A stretch of 64,000 nt of DNA from a virus: the IMG/VR virus record IMGVR_UViG_3300032524_000070. One strand, 5' to 3'. Shown here piece after piece: positions 20,516 through 31,000 of the stretch. The notes under the pieces were generated by a model, which saw only the letters and a program-made list of their open reading frames with translations, was not told where the DNA came from and ran no database searches. The position numbers were made by a program, and so were the translations under genes. Numbering within the stretch: the stretch's first letter is position 1; each line of letters begins with the position of its first letter.

Positions 20516-23500
20516 TGGCGGTCAAGGACCACACCAACCACTTCGACGCGCTTGAGTCGGCCCCTACCCCGGCCGACTTGCGAGTGCCGAACACCGTGTC
20601 CCGCTCGCCGGGGACTGGTGAGCGTGCCTTCATTGGTGTCGTCGCTGAGTCCGGCAAGCCGGTCCTCGACGCAGAGCTGAACCTGCACCAGAACGCTCAG
20701 TGGATGGAGGACTACCTCCTTCGTCGCTGGCAGACCCCTTCGGGCTGGCTCCGGGGGCGCACACACCTCGATGCCTACTGCGACTGGAGCCTGGAGACGG
20801 CTCCTGCTGGCGTCACCGACGATTCTGGCCTCGTAGACCCCGGTGGCTCCGCAGGTTCGGCGGGCTCTGGTGGCTCTGGTGGCTCTGGTGGATCAGCGGG
20901 TGGTGGTGGCCCCCTCATCGCCGACGACGGGACGCTCCTGGACTCCGTGATTCTTCCGAGGCTCGAAGCCACGGTGGCCGGGCATCCGGTGGTGGTCGAG
21001 TACACGAACACGAAGACGCCGGGCTACAACCTCATCGGCCTGACACCCGCGAAGATCTACGACGGCACGAACGCGACGGTGAAGCGCACCGACATGATCT
21101 TCCTGGAGGTCTGGCGGTCACTGGTGGCCCCCTCGCCCTTCGCCACGGGTCAGATCCAGATCGTTGCCTTCGCTTCCCTGATCGCTGGTGACCTTGTTCG
21201 CATCAACGGCATCGCCCTGACGGCTGTGGCGGGGGCTCCGGGCCTCAACCAGTTCCAGATCGGTGCGAGCAACGACATCACGGCCACGAACATCGCCACG
21301 GCGATCAACCTGGTCGCCAACTCGTTCGACCTCATCGTGACGGCCCGTCCGACGACCAACGTGGTCCTCCTGACGGCTGACCTGCCCGGAGCTGGCGATG
21401 TCATCAGCCAGACGGGCAACTTCATCACCCTGTCCGTAACGGTCGCCACCGTGGGGGCTATGGTCGTCTCCGGGGCCACGCTGGTCGGGGGTGCTGACCG
21501 CCCGAACAAGCCGAGCAGCGAGCAGGACAAGATCTACCGGCACGGCAACGTGCTGTCCCCCAGCCCCGTCTGGCTCGACGACGAGATGGTCGATCCCATC
21601 ATCGCGGTCGAGAGCAGCCAGCGCATCCAGCTCCACTACCGCATCCGCACGACGAGCGACGCCGAGGCCCTCAACTACAAGAAGCACCCGGACGGCTTCT
21701 CGAACCTCATCGCAGGTGGTGGCCCGAACGACGCGGCCATCTTCGCGCAGGGCAACCGTGCCGTCCCGGTGTGGGCTGGCAACGGCGTGGACACCGTGTC
21801 CTACCCCTTCGTCCCCGCCGACAAGACGAGCACATGGCTCCAGTCCTCTGCCGTGTCCTTCGGCTGGGAAGACGACGGCCTGTACGTCGCGGGTGACGGG
21901 TCGGCAACCTCCGCAGCGAACCTCGGGGCCATCGACGGTTTCGTGTTCGCCATCCCCATCGCGTTCGTTCACCGGCACAACAACGTCAGCGACATGCTGG
22001 CGGGCTTCAAGGGCTTCGACCCGGAGAGCAACGCCAACGGTGCCCCGATGTACGCCCACACCGGCTACGTCGGCCCGCTGGGCAACATCCCGGCTGGTGA
22101 CTCCGACCGCCCGGACGGCGAGTTCGCCAACGTCATCACGCAGCAGAACATCCTGGACCTCCGCAGGCACGTCGTCTTCCCCGGAGTGGACCTCGCGGCA
22201 GAGCTGAAGTACCAGGTCCAGAGCCTCATGGATGGCAACCTGCGAACCTGGTCGGTGGACACCGCCAGCAAGCAGACCCTCGGTGGTGACTCCGGGGATG
22301 CCTCGACCCGTTACCTCATCTGCAACGAGGTCGGTCGCACGGAGTCCGAAGGTGCGACGCCCCCTCTGGCGGGTGAGAACACCGAGCGGGGCGAGCTGAT
22401 CCGCAGCTACGACCACATCTGCCGGAGGTTTGCTGACCAGCCCATCGTGGAACGGGTCGTCGTCGCCTTCTGGCCGGGTGACCGCAACGGAGCCCCCGTG
22501 GCTCCGGGTACGGACAACCCCGGCAAGTACATCAGCCCCAAGGCTGGTGGTGGCACGATGACGGCCCTCTGGTACGAGGGCGACACGCTCAACCTCGACC
22601 TGGAGTTCCTCAACTCCACGACCCTCGGCGGCATGTTCGACAGCCGCCCGGGTGCGGGCACGGGTGGCGGCGGCTCCGGCACGGGCATCCCGGACCAGAA
22701 CTTCCTTCAGTTCGCTCCGGCGGGCACGGTCATCACCGATGTCCTCAACGCCTGGCACGACGACGGCCACTACGACCAGGTGACCAACCAGAACGTGCAG
22801 CTCGGCATCATCAAGGGCCTGGGCACGACGCACCTCCAGGTCACCATCGACGCCAACGACACGGTGACCACAGAGGGGCAGCCCATCGCCGGACCGAACA
22901 TCGAGCACAAGATGGTCGGCTCGGACGTGGCTGGTGCTCCCCCGGTGGCTCCTGCGAACTTCGGTTCGCCTCGACGCATCTTCCTGGAGGTCGAGATCAC
23001 CTACCCCATCGGGGTGGGGACGACCGACACCCCGGACCACGAGGTCATCCCGGACCTGGGCGTCTACACGGACAGCGTGCTGACGGTCACTGGCCCCGGC
23101 CCGCTCATCGAGAACGACGTGCTCCAGCGGCCCGCCGACTTCGAGAACCTGCTGGCAGCCCGCTACCGCAGTGGCTTCCGCGAGGTGCAGTCGGAGTACG
23201 TGGCGAACGACACCATCAACCACGCGGCTCCTCTGGCTGGAACGGCCATCGGGGTGGCGACGGTCGAGCAGATCGTCTCGCTGGACCGCAGCACCTTGCG
23301 GTTCCCCCGCCGGGTGTGGAGCAACGACAATGGAACCGGGCTGTACGTCAACGACGTACCCGGAGCGGCAGTCCAGACGGTCGATGTCCCCAACTCGGAG
23401 CTGGGTTCTTCCAGCCGCCTCATCCAGCTCGCCGGGGGCGGGGGCATTCCCCTCTCGGGAGTGGGTCACACGCTCTGCGACATCCGGTACTTCGCACAGG

Positions 23501-24276
23501 ACCCGATCCCGAACTACGGGGTCAACGGCGGCGGCTACCAGATTGCCTACTACTTCCGCTCCAACTCGCCGCAGACGGCGGGCACCAAGGAGGGCGACAT
23601 CACCTCCACGGGCGACGGCACCTTGCCGACGACCTTGGTAGTGGAGCCTCTGCTCGCCAGCCCTAGCGTCTGGACCGGGCAGGTCGGGATGGGTGGTCAC
23701 GAGCTGGCCTTCCCCTACGAGTCGCCTCTGGACCAGATCCCCATCAACGATGGGACGACGGTTCCGGCGGGCTCGCAGCAGATCAGCGGGACGACGGAGG
23801 AGTGGTACTTCGCAGCGACGGCAGAGGTCGCGCTCGACCACTTCGACGCGGATACCGGGTTGCTCAACCTGCACGCCTTCGTGCAGCAGGACATCCAGAA
23901 CGACCAGGAGTTCGGCGGACCGGACAACGACAAGAAGCCCCGGAAGGATGCGGAGTTCAGGGCCTACTACCCGTTCGCGGATGACGAGTCCTACCGCCCC
24001 ACCGTGTTCGCGCAGCCCTTGTTCGGGGCGACGCGGCACAAGTCGTTCACCCCGTTCCTGGCAAGGGCGACGGCTGACGTGCCCGGAGTCGCTGGTGGGC
24101 TCCTGTTCCGCAAGTCGGAGCTGCTGCTCATCGTCCTCTCGCGGTTCGCTGAGCTGGACGACGAGAACAACGTGCGGTTCATCGACCCGCAGAGCAGCAA
24201 CAGGACGCTGGCGGCGGTCTACCGGACCCGCAACCTTCTTCTGACCGTGGGAGATCGCACATGCCTCGGAAGCTGA
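20515..24276 (+). CDS. large baseplate/tail protein, DUF6519/DUF4815-like N-terminus; paralog of 35214
   Basis: VSRS...ESGKPVLDAELN...PSGWL, RTDMIFLEVW, RIQLHYRIR, AIDGFVFAIPI, RPDG...ILDLRR, all shared with the 35214 ORF. Confidence 0.65.
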   Translation: MAVKDHTNHFDALESAPTPADLRVPNTVSRSPGTGERAFIGVVAESGKPVLDAELNLHQNAQWMEDYLLRRWQTPSGWLRGRTHLDAYCDWSLETAPAGVTDDSGLVDPGGSAGSAGSGGSGGSGGSAGGGGPLIADDGTLLDSVILPRLEATVAGHPVVVEYTNTKTPGYNLIGLTPAKIYDGTNATVKRTDMIFLEVWRSLVAPSPFATGQIQIVAFASLIAGDLVRINGIALTAVAGAPGLNQFQIGASNDITATNIATAINLVANSFDLIVTARPTTNVVLLTADLPGAGDVISQTGNFITLSVTVATVGAMVVSGATLVGGADRPNKPSSEQDKIYRHGNVLSPSPVWLDDEMVDPIIAVESSQRIQLHYRIRTTSDAEALNYKKHPDGFSNLIAGGGPNDAAIFAQGNRAVPVWAGNGVDTVSYPFVPADKTSTWLQSSAVSFGWEDDGLYVAGDGSATSAANLGAIDGFVFAIPIAFVHRHNNVSDMLAGFKGFDPESNANGAPMYAHTGYVGPLGNIPAGDSDRPDGEFANVITQQNILDLRRHVVFPGVDLAAELKYQVQSLMDGNLRTWSVDTASKQTLGGDSGDASTRYLICNEVGRTESEGATPPLAGENTERGELIRSYDHICRRFADQPIVERVVVAFWPGDRNGAPVAPGTDNPGKYISPKAGGGTMTALWYEGDTLNLDLEFLNSTTLGGMFDSRPGAGTGGGGSGTGIPDQNFLQFAPAGTVITDVLNAWHDDGHYDQVTNQNVQLGIIKGLGTTHLQVTIDANDTVTTEGQPIAGPNIEHKMVGSDVAGAPPVAPANFGSPRRIFLEVEITYPIGVGTTDTPDHEVIPDLGVYTDSVLTVTGPGPLIENDVLQRPADFENLLAARYRSGFREVQSEYVANDTINHAAPLAGTAIGVATVEQIVSLDRSTLRFPRRVWSNDNGTGLYVNDVPGAAVQTVDVPNSELGSSSRLIQLAGGGGIPLSGVGHTLCDIRYFAQDPIPNYGVNGGGYQIAYYFRSNSPQTAGTKEGDITSTGDGTLPTTLVVEPLLASPSVWTGQVGMGGHELAFPYESPLDQIPINDGTTVPAGSQQISGTTEEWYFAATAEVALDHFDADTGLLNLHAFVQQDIQNDQEFGGPDNDKKPRKDAEFRAYYPFADDESYRPTVFAQPLFGATRHKSFTPFLARATADVPGVAGGLLFRKSELLLIVLSRFAELDDENNVRFIDPQSSNRTLAAVYRTRNLLLTVGDRTCLGS

Positions 24277-27200
24277 ATCCCGGCACCCTGACGACGGGGC
24301 ACGGCAAGGCGGCCCCTGACGAGATCGCCCTTCGTCCCGAACTGACGGGCGCAGGTCTGGCCGGTCCTGGGCCGAACATCGGGGAGATCCAGCAGACGAT
24401 CCCCTCGCTGCCTGGTCAGCTCGCCGTGCAGTCGGTCATCGCCCACATCGACGACCCCAAGCAGGCCCACACCGCCTCGGCCATCGAGCACGACGGGCAC
24501 CCGGACATCTTGTGGTCCACCAACGTCGAGGGGGCTCTGGACGAGCTGATCGGCACGGTGCTGAAGCGTCCGCCCATGCTCGGTGAGTGGTCGCCGGACA
24601 CGACCTTCTCCGGCATCACGGACTGGGGCTCCTTGAAGCTCCGCGACGGTGGCCTGGAGAACTACGCTGCCCTGACGTTCACCGACGCCACGGTGCAGAA
24701 CGACGCGAACGTCTACCCCTACCTCCTCAGCGAGACGGGGCCGCCTCGGGACACAGAGTTCGCCGTCCCGATGACCGACCCCCGCACGGACCACCAGTTC
24801 AACTGGGGCATGGACTCGCTCGGCGAGCCCGGCATGGGCTACGGGCGTGCCCACATGGGGGCCTACACCCGCGACGGCGGTGGGGCTGCTGTCCCACCCC
24901 TGCCCATCTTCCGCTCTGGAAGAATCTTCCCCCGTCCGGCAGCCTTCGATGCGACCACGGGCCGCAACGAGCGTGCCCCGGTGACCGTCTCCGGCAACAT
25001 CTTCCCGGCCGACCGGGGAGTGCTGGCCCTCATCCACTTCGTCGTGCCCCGTGGTGCGAGCGTGGCTGCCTCGTTCCTGGCACAGCCACTTGTCTCCGAC
25101 GAGACGGCCCACCTGTCCACTCAGGGGCGGGTGGTCGCGGCCATTCTGCTCGGCAACGGCATCCTCGGCGACAAGTGCCACGGGGTCGATCCCTGTGCCG
25201 ATGCCCACCTCTGCGACGGCGACCCCGGCGGCATCTTCGGCCCCGGTGTGGATGCAAGCGGCAACTACGACCCCTTCCAGTTCCCCGGCAGGGCGAGCGG
25301 TCAGTACGACCTGCTGGAGCTGCACCTGGGCGTCAACTCTGCTGCACAGGCCCTCAAGGTCCCGTGGAACGACCTCGACGGCGACACGGTGGCAGGAGCC
25401 CAGCGGACGCCCACGGCAGTCATCCCGGCACCTGGTCAGGTACGCCTCGGCACCGACCCCGACGCAGCTCCCCTGCTCCCGGTGGTCCCGAACGGCATCC
25501 CCATCCTCGGCGGCACCGCTGCCTGCTTCACGGCTGTTATCGGAGCCCAGCCGGGCAGCTTGACCCTCCCCATCCTCGGGGATGCCGTCATCCGGTCATC
25601 GAACTTCTTCCGCTACCGCTTGCCGGTACTGAAGGACTACTCGCCTGCGACCGGGTTGAAGTGGACGCCCAGAGGCGAAGTTCCCACAACCACGTTCGAG
25701 ACGAGCAGGTTCTTCGACGTGGCTACCCCCTCGTCTGCCACCTACGAGGACGGCACGCCAGTCGTAGGCGGCCTCCTGCGGTCGGCAGGGGTCTACGACG
25801 ACTTCGACGAGGACTACTGGGTCTGGCAGATCGCCCGGTACCGGCAGACGTTCCTGATGCCCTCCATCGCGGCGAACAACGTCCGCGACGAGGCGGGCAC
25901 CTACATGCTCGTCCACTTCAAGCGGGAGACGGATTTCGAGTCCTTCGTCCGCGATGCTGTCTTCCCGTGGGACACCCCGGTCCCCTACGAGGTCTACGGA
26001 GCGTCCATCGTGGATGCCCCCGAGGACATCGACAACCTGGCGAACGACTGGCCCGCAGCGACGGTCCCGGTGGCCCCGAACGGTCCGGCTCCGGCCTACG
26101 GCTACGCCGCGAATCCGTGGCACAACATCCGCAACCGCATCTTCATGGACCCGAATGGGGTGAACCTCCCGGGGGTCACTTCGGACACCCTGACGTGGAC
26201 CTCTGCCTCTGCTCCGGGTGGCGGGACAGAAGAGGTCGTCTGGGTGTCGGGCATCGCCTACTTCACGCCCCGCGACATCACCACAGGAGCACCCAGCGTT
26301 CGGATCACCGAATGCGACATCACCCTCGCAGCAGGCTTCTGGAGTTCGTACCGCACGGACTACGCCGACCTGGAGACGTGGCCGACCATCGGCCCGGCTG
26401 TAGTGGCTTCGCAGAACCCGGCGATGGTGGCAACGGCTCCGTGGGGCTACGGCCCCGATGGTGGGCTGGCGAGTTCCCTGACCGTCCCGGTGAACCCGAA
26501 CCCGGCCATCGGCTTCATCCCGGCCACGACCTACCAGGATCAGTTCCGGCTCGAAGTACCGTTCACGCACCTGGGCGGCAACGTCGGCGGGGCCTTCACC
26601 GACGCCAACGCCCCGCTGGACGCCGATCCCCTGGTGCTGGCCCTGCCCTCCCCCATCGAGCTGCTGGGTGACAACCTCGACCCGTCCTTCTCCAGCAACG
26701 CGGTCGTGCGAGTCCACTTCCGCCGTCCGCTCAACCACATCGCCGCCAACTCCACGAACCTGCCGCACACGGCGGCGGACGGTCACGGCTACCTCTTGAC
26801 CCACACCGACGCAGGCACGGTGCTGCTGCACACGACCCGGTGGGACGCTGCGAACAGGGTCGGGGACTACGGCAACTTCCTGGTCGGCGGTGCTGGGGCC
26901 ATCGAGTTCAACACGCCTCTCAAGGACTACACCGAGAGGTTCCTGGACGAGGGCCATCGCTACGTCGCCGATGCCCCGGCGGGCATCAACGGCACCGGCC
27001 CCTACACGGCAGCCACCATCGCGGCCCTCGATGGCCCCGGCATGGGTGGATGGGCTGGTGGTCCGGTAGAGACCCCGGTGCGTGTCTCGCTGGCGAACGC
27101 TCCGTGGAGCGGGTCCTCGTGGTTGCTGCAAGGACACCACCTCCTCGACCTGTCGGGGGCGACCCTGAGCCACGACGCTCTCCAGGTGGCTGGGCTGCCT

Positions 27201-27956
27201 GACCGGAACCCGCAGATCAAGGACGTGAACACCGTCCCGTTCCCCTCGGCAGGGGTGCTCATCTACCCGAGGACCAACTACGCGGTGGGGCACTTCCCGG
27301 TGACGGTGACTCACATCACGGCGGTTCAGTTCGACTACAGCGGAGCGGTGGGGCAGCGCACCTACATCCGGTGCTTCGATGCGGCCTTCTCCAACCACGC
27401 GACTCCGGTGGCCGTGGCAGGGAAGTCGGATCTGCTGGTCCGACTCGATGGCATCACCCTTGCCGACATCCTCTACGCAGCCCCCGGCCCTGGTGGTCTG
27501 AACGCTTCCCGCATCGCCGTGGCTCTCAAGGTGCCCGGCCTGACGACGTGGATGGACGCGGGGCGGCAGGATGGTGCAGGACCGAGCAAGCAGGACAACC
27601 TGCTGGACGGTGCTGGCTGCCTGGTGCTCGGGAACGAGACCTACACGTTCACCGACCCGGTGACGGGGTACAAGGGCTGCTACCTCAAGATCAACGTCGG
27701 CCCCGTGGCAGGCCTGTTCATCAACCCGGCCCTGTGGTCGAGCTACACCGCTGGCTCGCCTCTGGGCGAGGCTCCGGTGCTCGTCAAGGTGTCGATGGAC
27801 CAGGGGGCTCTGTCCTACAACCTGGAGCACCGGGCCACTGGCGTCGGTACCTTCGAGGGTGGCCCTGCCAAGCCTGGTGGCGAGTCCGACCAGGTGCGCG
27901 GCCTGTTCACCATGCGGCTGGTACACCCCGCCGATACCCTGATCGCGTCCGACTGA
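24261..27956 (+). CDS. large virion structural protein, function unknown
   Basis: 1231 aa with high GC3; HIDDPKQAHTASAI resembles a motif seen in phage tail proteins. Confidence 0.6.
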   Translation: MPRKLNPGTLTTGHGKAAPDEIALRPELTGAGLAGPGPNIGEIQQTIPSLPGQLAVQSVIAHIDDPKQAHTASAIEHDGHPDILWSTNVEGALDELIGTVLKRPPMLGEWSPDTTFSGITDWGSLKLRDGGLENYAALTFTDATVQNDANVYPYLLSETGPPRDTEFAVPMTDPRTDHQFNWGMDSLGEPGMGYGRAHMGAYTRDGGGAAVPPLPIFRSGRIFPRPAAFDATTGRNERAPVTVSGNIFPADRGVLALIHFVVPRGASVAASFLAQPLVSDETAHLSTQGRVVAAILLGNGILGDKCHGVDPCADAHLCDGDPGGIFGPGVDASGNYDPFQFPGRASGQYDLLELHLGVNSAAQALKVPWNDLDGDTVAGAQRTPTAVIPAPGQVRLGTDPDAAPLLPVVPNGIPILGGTAACFTAVIGAQPGSLTLPILGDAVIRSSNFFRYRLPVLKDYSPATGLKWTPRGEVPTTTFETSRFFDVATPSSATYEDGTPVVGGLLRSAGVYDDFDEDYWVWQIARYRQTFLMPSIAANNVRDEAGTYMLVHFKRETDFESFVRDAVFPWDTPVPYEVYGASIVDAPEDIDNLANDWPAATVPVAPNGPAPAYGYAANPWHNIRNRIFMDPNGVNLPGVTSDTLTWTSASAPGGGTEEVVWVSGIAYFTPRDITTGAPSVRITECDITLAAGFWSSYRTDYADLETWPTIGPAVVASQNPAMVATAPWGYGPDGGLASSLTVPVNPNPAIGFIPATTYQDQFRLEVPFTHLGGNVGGAFTDANAPLDADPLVLALPSPIELLGDNLDPSFSSNAVVRVHFRRPLNHIAANSTNLPHTAADGHGYLLTHTDAGTVLLHTTRWDAANRVGDYGNFLVGGAGAIEFNTPLKDYTERFLDEGHRYVADAPAGINGTGPYTAATIAALDGPGMGGWAGGPVETPVRVSLANAPWSGSSWLLQGHHLLDLSGATLSHDALQVAGLPDRNPQIKDVNTVPFPSAGVLIYPRTNYAVGHFPVTVTHITAVQFDYSGAVGQRTYIRCFDAAFSNHATPVAVAGKSDLLVRLDGITLADILYAAPGPGGLNASRIAVALKVPGLTTWMDAGRQDGAGPSKQDNLLDGAGCLVLGNETYTFTDPVTGYKGCYLKINVGPVAGLFINPALWSSYTAGSPLGEAPVLVKVSMDQGALSYNLEHRATGVGTFEGGPAKPGGESDQVRGLFTMRLVHPADTLIASD

Positions 27957-27958
27957 TG

Positions 27959-27973
27959 CGGTGGGGAGCCTAT
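27959..27973 (+). promoter_or_regulatory. putative late promoter motif, copy 4
   Basis: cggt-gggga-gcctat in a 48-bp intergenic gap. Confidence 0.6.
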
Positions 27974-28004
27974 AGCCACGCAGAGGCAGACGGAGTGAAG
28001 TCTG

Positions 28005-31000
28005 ATGGCTGATTACCCACTGACGAAGCTGGAGAAGGCGCTCGCCCGCCGGGCGTCGTCGTCAGCGTCGAAGCCCGCATGGCAAGAGCTGATGGAGCGG
28101 TACGACACCGTGCCGTCATCCAAGTCGGTCCAGGCCCCCGATGCCATCACGGGCTTCAGCGGCTCGTGGGCCGCCAGCTACGACCTGGGTGGCTCGCTGC
28201 GGGACATGACGGTCGGGGAGAGCCCCGCGCAGATCCAGCGACGCACGAACTTGCTGGGCCAGCCCGGCATGGGCGAGATCAACTTCCGCCCCTACGACCA
28301 CGGCACCAACCGGCACGGCAAGTACGGCCCCAGCCTCCTCGGCCACCCCATCTCCTTCCAGGTGGTCGGCCCGACCGCGAAGACCCGTGGGCTGGTCCAC
28401 CAGTGGTTCATCACCGAGGCGGGCAACGTCGATACGTTGAACCTCGACGTGGGCGCGGACATCAACTCGAAGTCCATCACTCCGAGCCCCCTCCCGGCGG
28501 GTGCGGACACCATCGGGGAGATCTACGGCTTCACGGCGATCCCGGAGGGTGGGCTCTACATCGTCGTCACGATGACGGGCTCTGAGGGCGTCGTCACCGA
28601 CAACGGTGCGTTTGCCCCCGGCACGGATGGTGGGCTCGGCGATGGGTTCATCGGTGAGGACGATGGGGGTGCCCCCATCGGAGCGGGTGCCCGTCTGGCG
28701 GTCATCCCCCGCACGGAGTCGGTGAAGTACGAGATCTTCCGCGTCACGGCCATGACGCCGACGACTCTGGTGCTCGACAACGCCAAGCGGCTGTCCACCT
28801 ACTTCGACTACAACATCGGAGCGAACGCCCCGGTCATCCGGGCCATCACCATCATCCGGCCCGCAGCGACGCGACTGGTGGCGGTCCCCGGTTCCGGCAG
28901 CGTGCAGGGGGGCGAGCAGACGTTCGCCTTCGTGCCCCCGGTGACGGCCCTCAACGCGGACTGGCAGCCCGTCTACGCATCGGCCACTGGCACAGGTCTC
29001 TTTGACCCGTGGACCAGTGCCAAGAACCTGGACACGAACCCCGCGTGGGGCTTCGCAGCCGACGCCAAGGACTACGGCCAGGCGGTCGTGCTCCCGATTC
29101 CGGCCCCCGTCAACCGAGGACAGGGACGGCTCCAGGGCATCAACGGGGAGGCCCCACAGCAGCTCCCACTCGGTCGTTTCCGTCTCATCCTGGATGCGGC
29201 GAGCTACTTCGGCAGCACGCTCGACATCGGCAAGATCATCCGCATCTATGACATCCGGCGAGTGCTGGATGGTGACTGGGAGACCATCGCGTCCGCTCCG
29301 GCGACCCATCGGGGTCGGCCCCTCCTGGATCGGATGCTCGGCTACTTCGAGATCTTCAACACAGGCAACGCCGATCAGGGCGTCGGGGCGAACAACTTCT
29401 ACGACCTGAAGTTCGTCTCGCAGGTTGATCCCGACACGGGCGTCCCCTTCTTCGGTGCTGGCACGAACTTCGTGATGGCGACTGGCAGTGGAGCCGGACA
29501 GGAAGTCCGGTTCCAGTGGACGGTCCATGAGCCCATCTCGACTCTGTGGACTGACCGCTACCTGCACCCGACCCGGCTTGACTCAGCCCGGCTGAAGAAC
29601 CTCATCGACCCCCGCTGGGTCAAGCCGACCTTGAAGGGTCGGGAACTGACCGACATGGCCGGTCACCAGGCGATGCCTGACCGGGCCATCTTCGATACGA
29701 GTTCGAGCAGTGCTGGTGTTGCGGGCGGCAACGCGAATCCGGGCAACCTGCTGGACCTCGGTTTCCGGGTGGTCTTGTTCCCCGCCAAGGTCATCGGAGC
29801 CCCTACGACATCCCTGGTGCCGGACTTCGACAACCCCATCGACGCGAATGAGGTGGTCCTCGACCCGACGAAGCTGGATGAGAACCAGTTCATCGAGGTG
29901 GACTACTCCGCAGGGCTCGTTCACCTGTCCCACCCGCCCGTGGTGGGCAGCCAGCTCGTCCCGCTCGCAGGAATCCTGACGGCGGACGACAACCCCCGTG
30001 GCGAGGCCGTGTTCTTCGCTGCCTGCGTGCCCTTCAGCCGCGAGCCCGGCCAGATGGGCGTGAACCCTCGTCTGACGGCGGGACGAAGCCTTGACCGTGC
30101 GGGGAGCTTCTGTGGGCTGGACAGCCCGGAGCCCGTGGATGTCTACGGTGGTCGCATCTTCTGGCCGGGAGACAACCAGACGATCAACAGCGGGCCACAG
30201 CGCACCATCCAGTTGAACGTGGAGCTGGGTCCCATCGACCTGCCCTTGACGGGCTTCGTGGACGTGCTGATCGGGGATCACAACCCGGCGGGCGATCCCC
30301 TCTTCTCCAACTCCGATGAGGAACGGCTCTGCACCTTCGGCTACAGCACCGTCAACTACAACGACGTGGGCCACGGTGGTCGGACGACCCTGGAGGGGAC
30401 GTTCGGCGGTGGTGACCAGACGGGTCCGGCGAGCTACGTCGTCGTGCCTGCCACCACCCCGGTCACGGTGGTCCTCCGCAAGAACATCGTCCTGCCGAAC
30501 ACCCTGGACGGCCGCACTGGCACCGACTACCAGTTCGACACGACCTACGGCTACGCCAAGCGGCCTGCAACGCTGCGCTTCACGCATGGCGATCTGACCC
30601 CTGAGCACGACGGCTCGGTCAGCATCTCGACGAAGGACCCCCGCACGGACGCCCACGAGGCGCTCTTCAGCGAGCTGTTCTCGTCCTGGTGCATCAGCGG
30701 TGGCATCAACTCGACGGTTCTGCCGTCCGTTGGAGCGACGCTGCACTTCAGCGAGGCGGTCGTGCTCATCCAGGGCATCCGCACCGTCATGCCCGAGCAG
30801 GACTTGGTGCTCGGTGTGGTGGCTGGCCCTCCGGCGTCCCGGTACGTCTACATCGACGGCAGCACCCCGGCTTGCCCGGTCTGGGCCAGCACGACTGTAC
30901 TGCCCCTGCCCACCGACAACGACGTGCTCATGGCGTCGTACACGCACGCAGGCGGGAACATCCAGACGCTCATCGACCTCCGCGACCCGCTCGTGGACAT

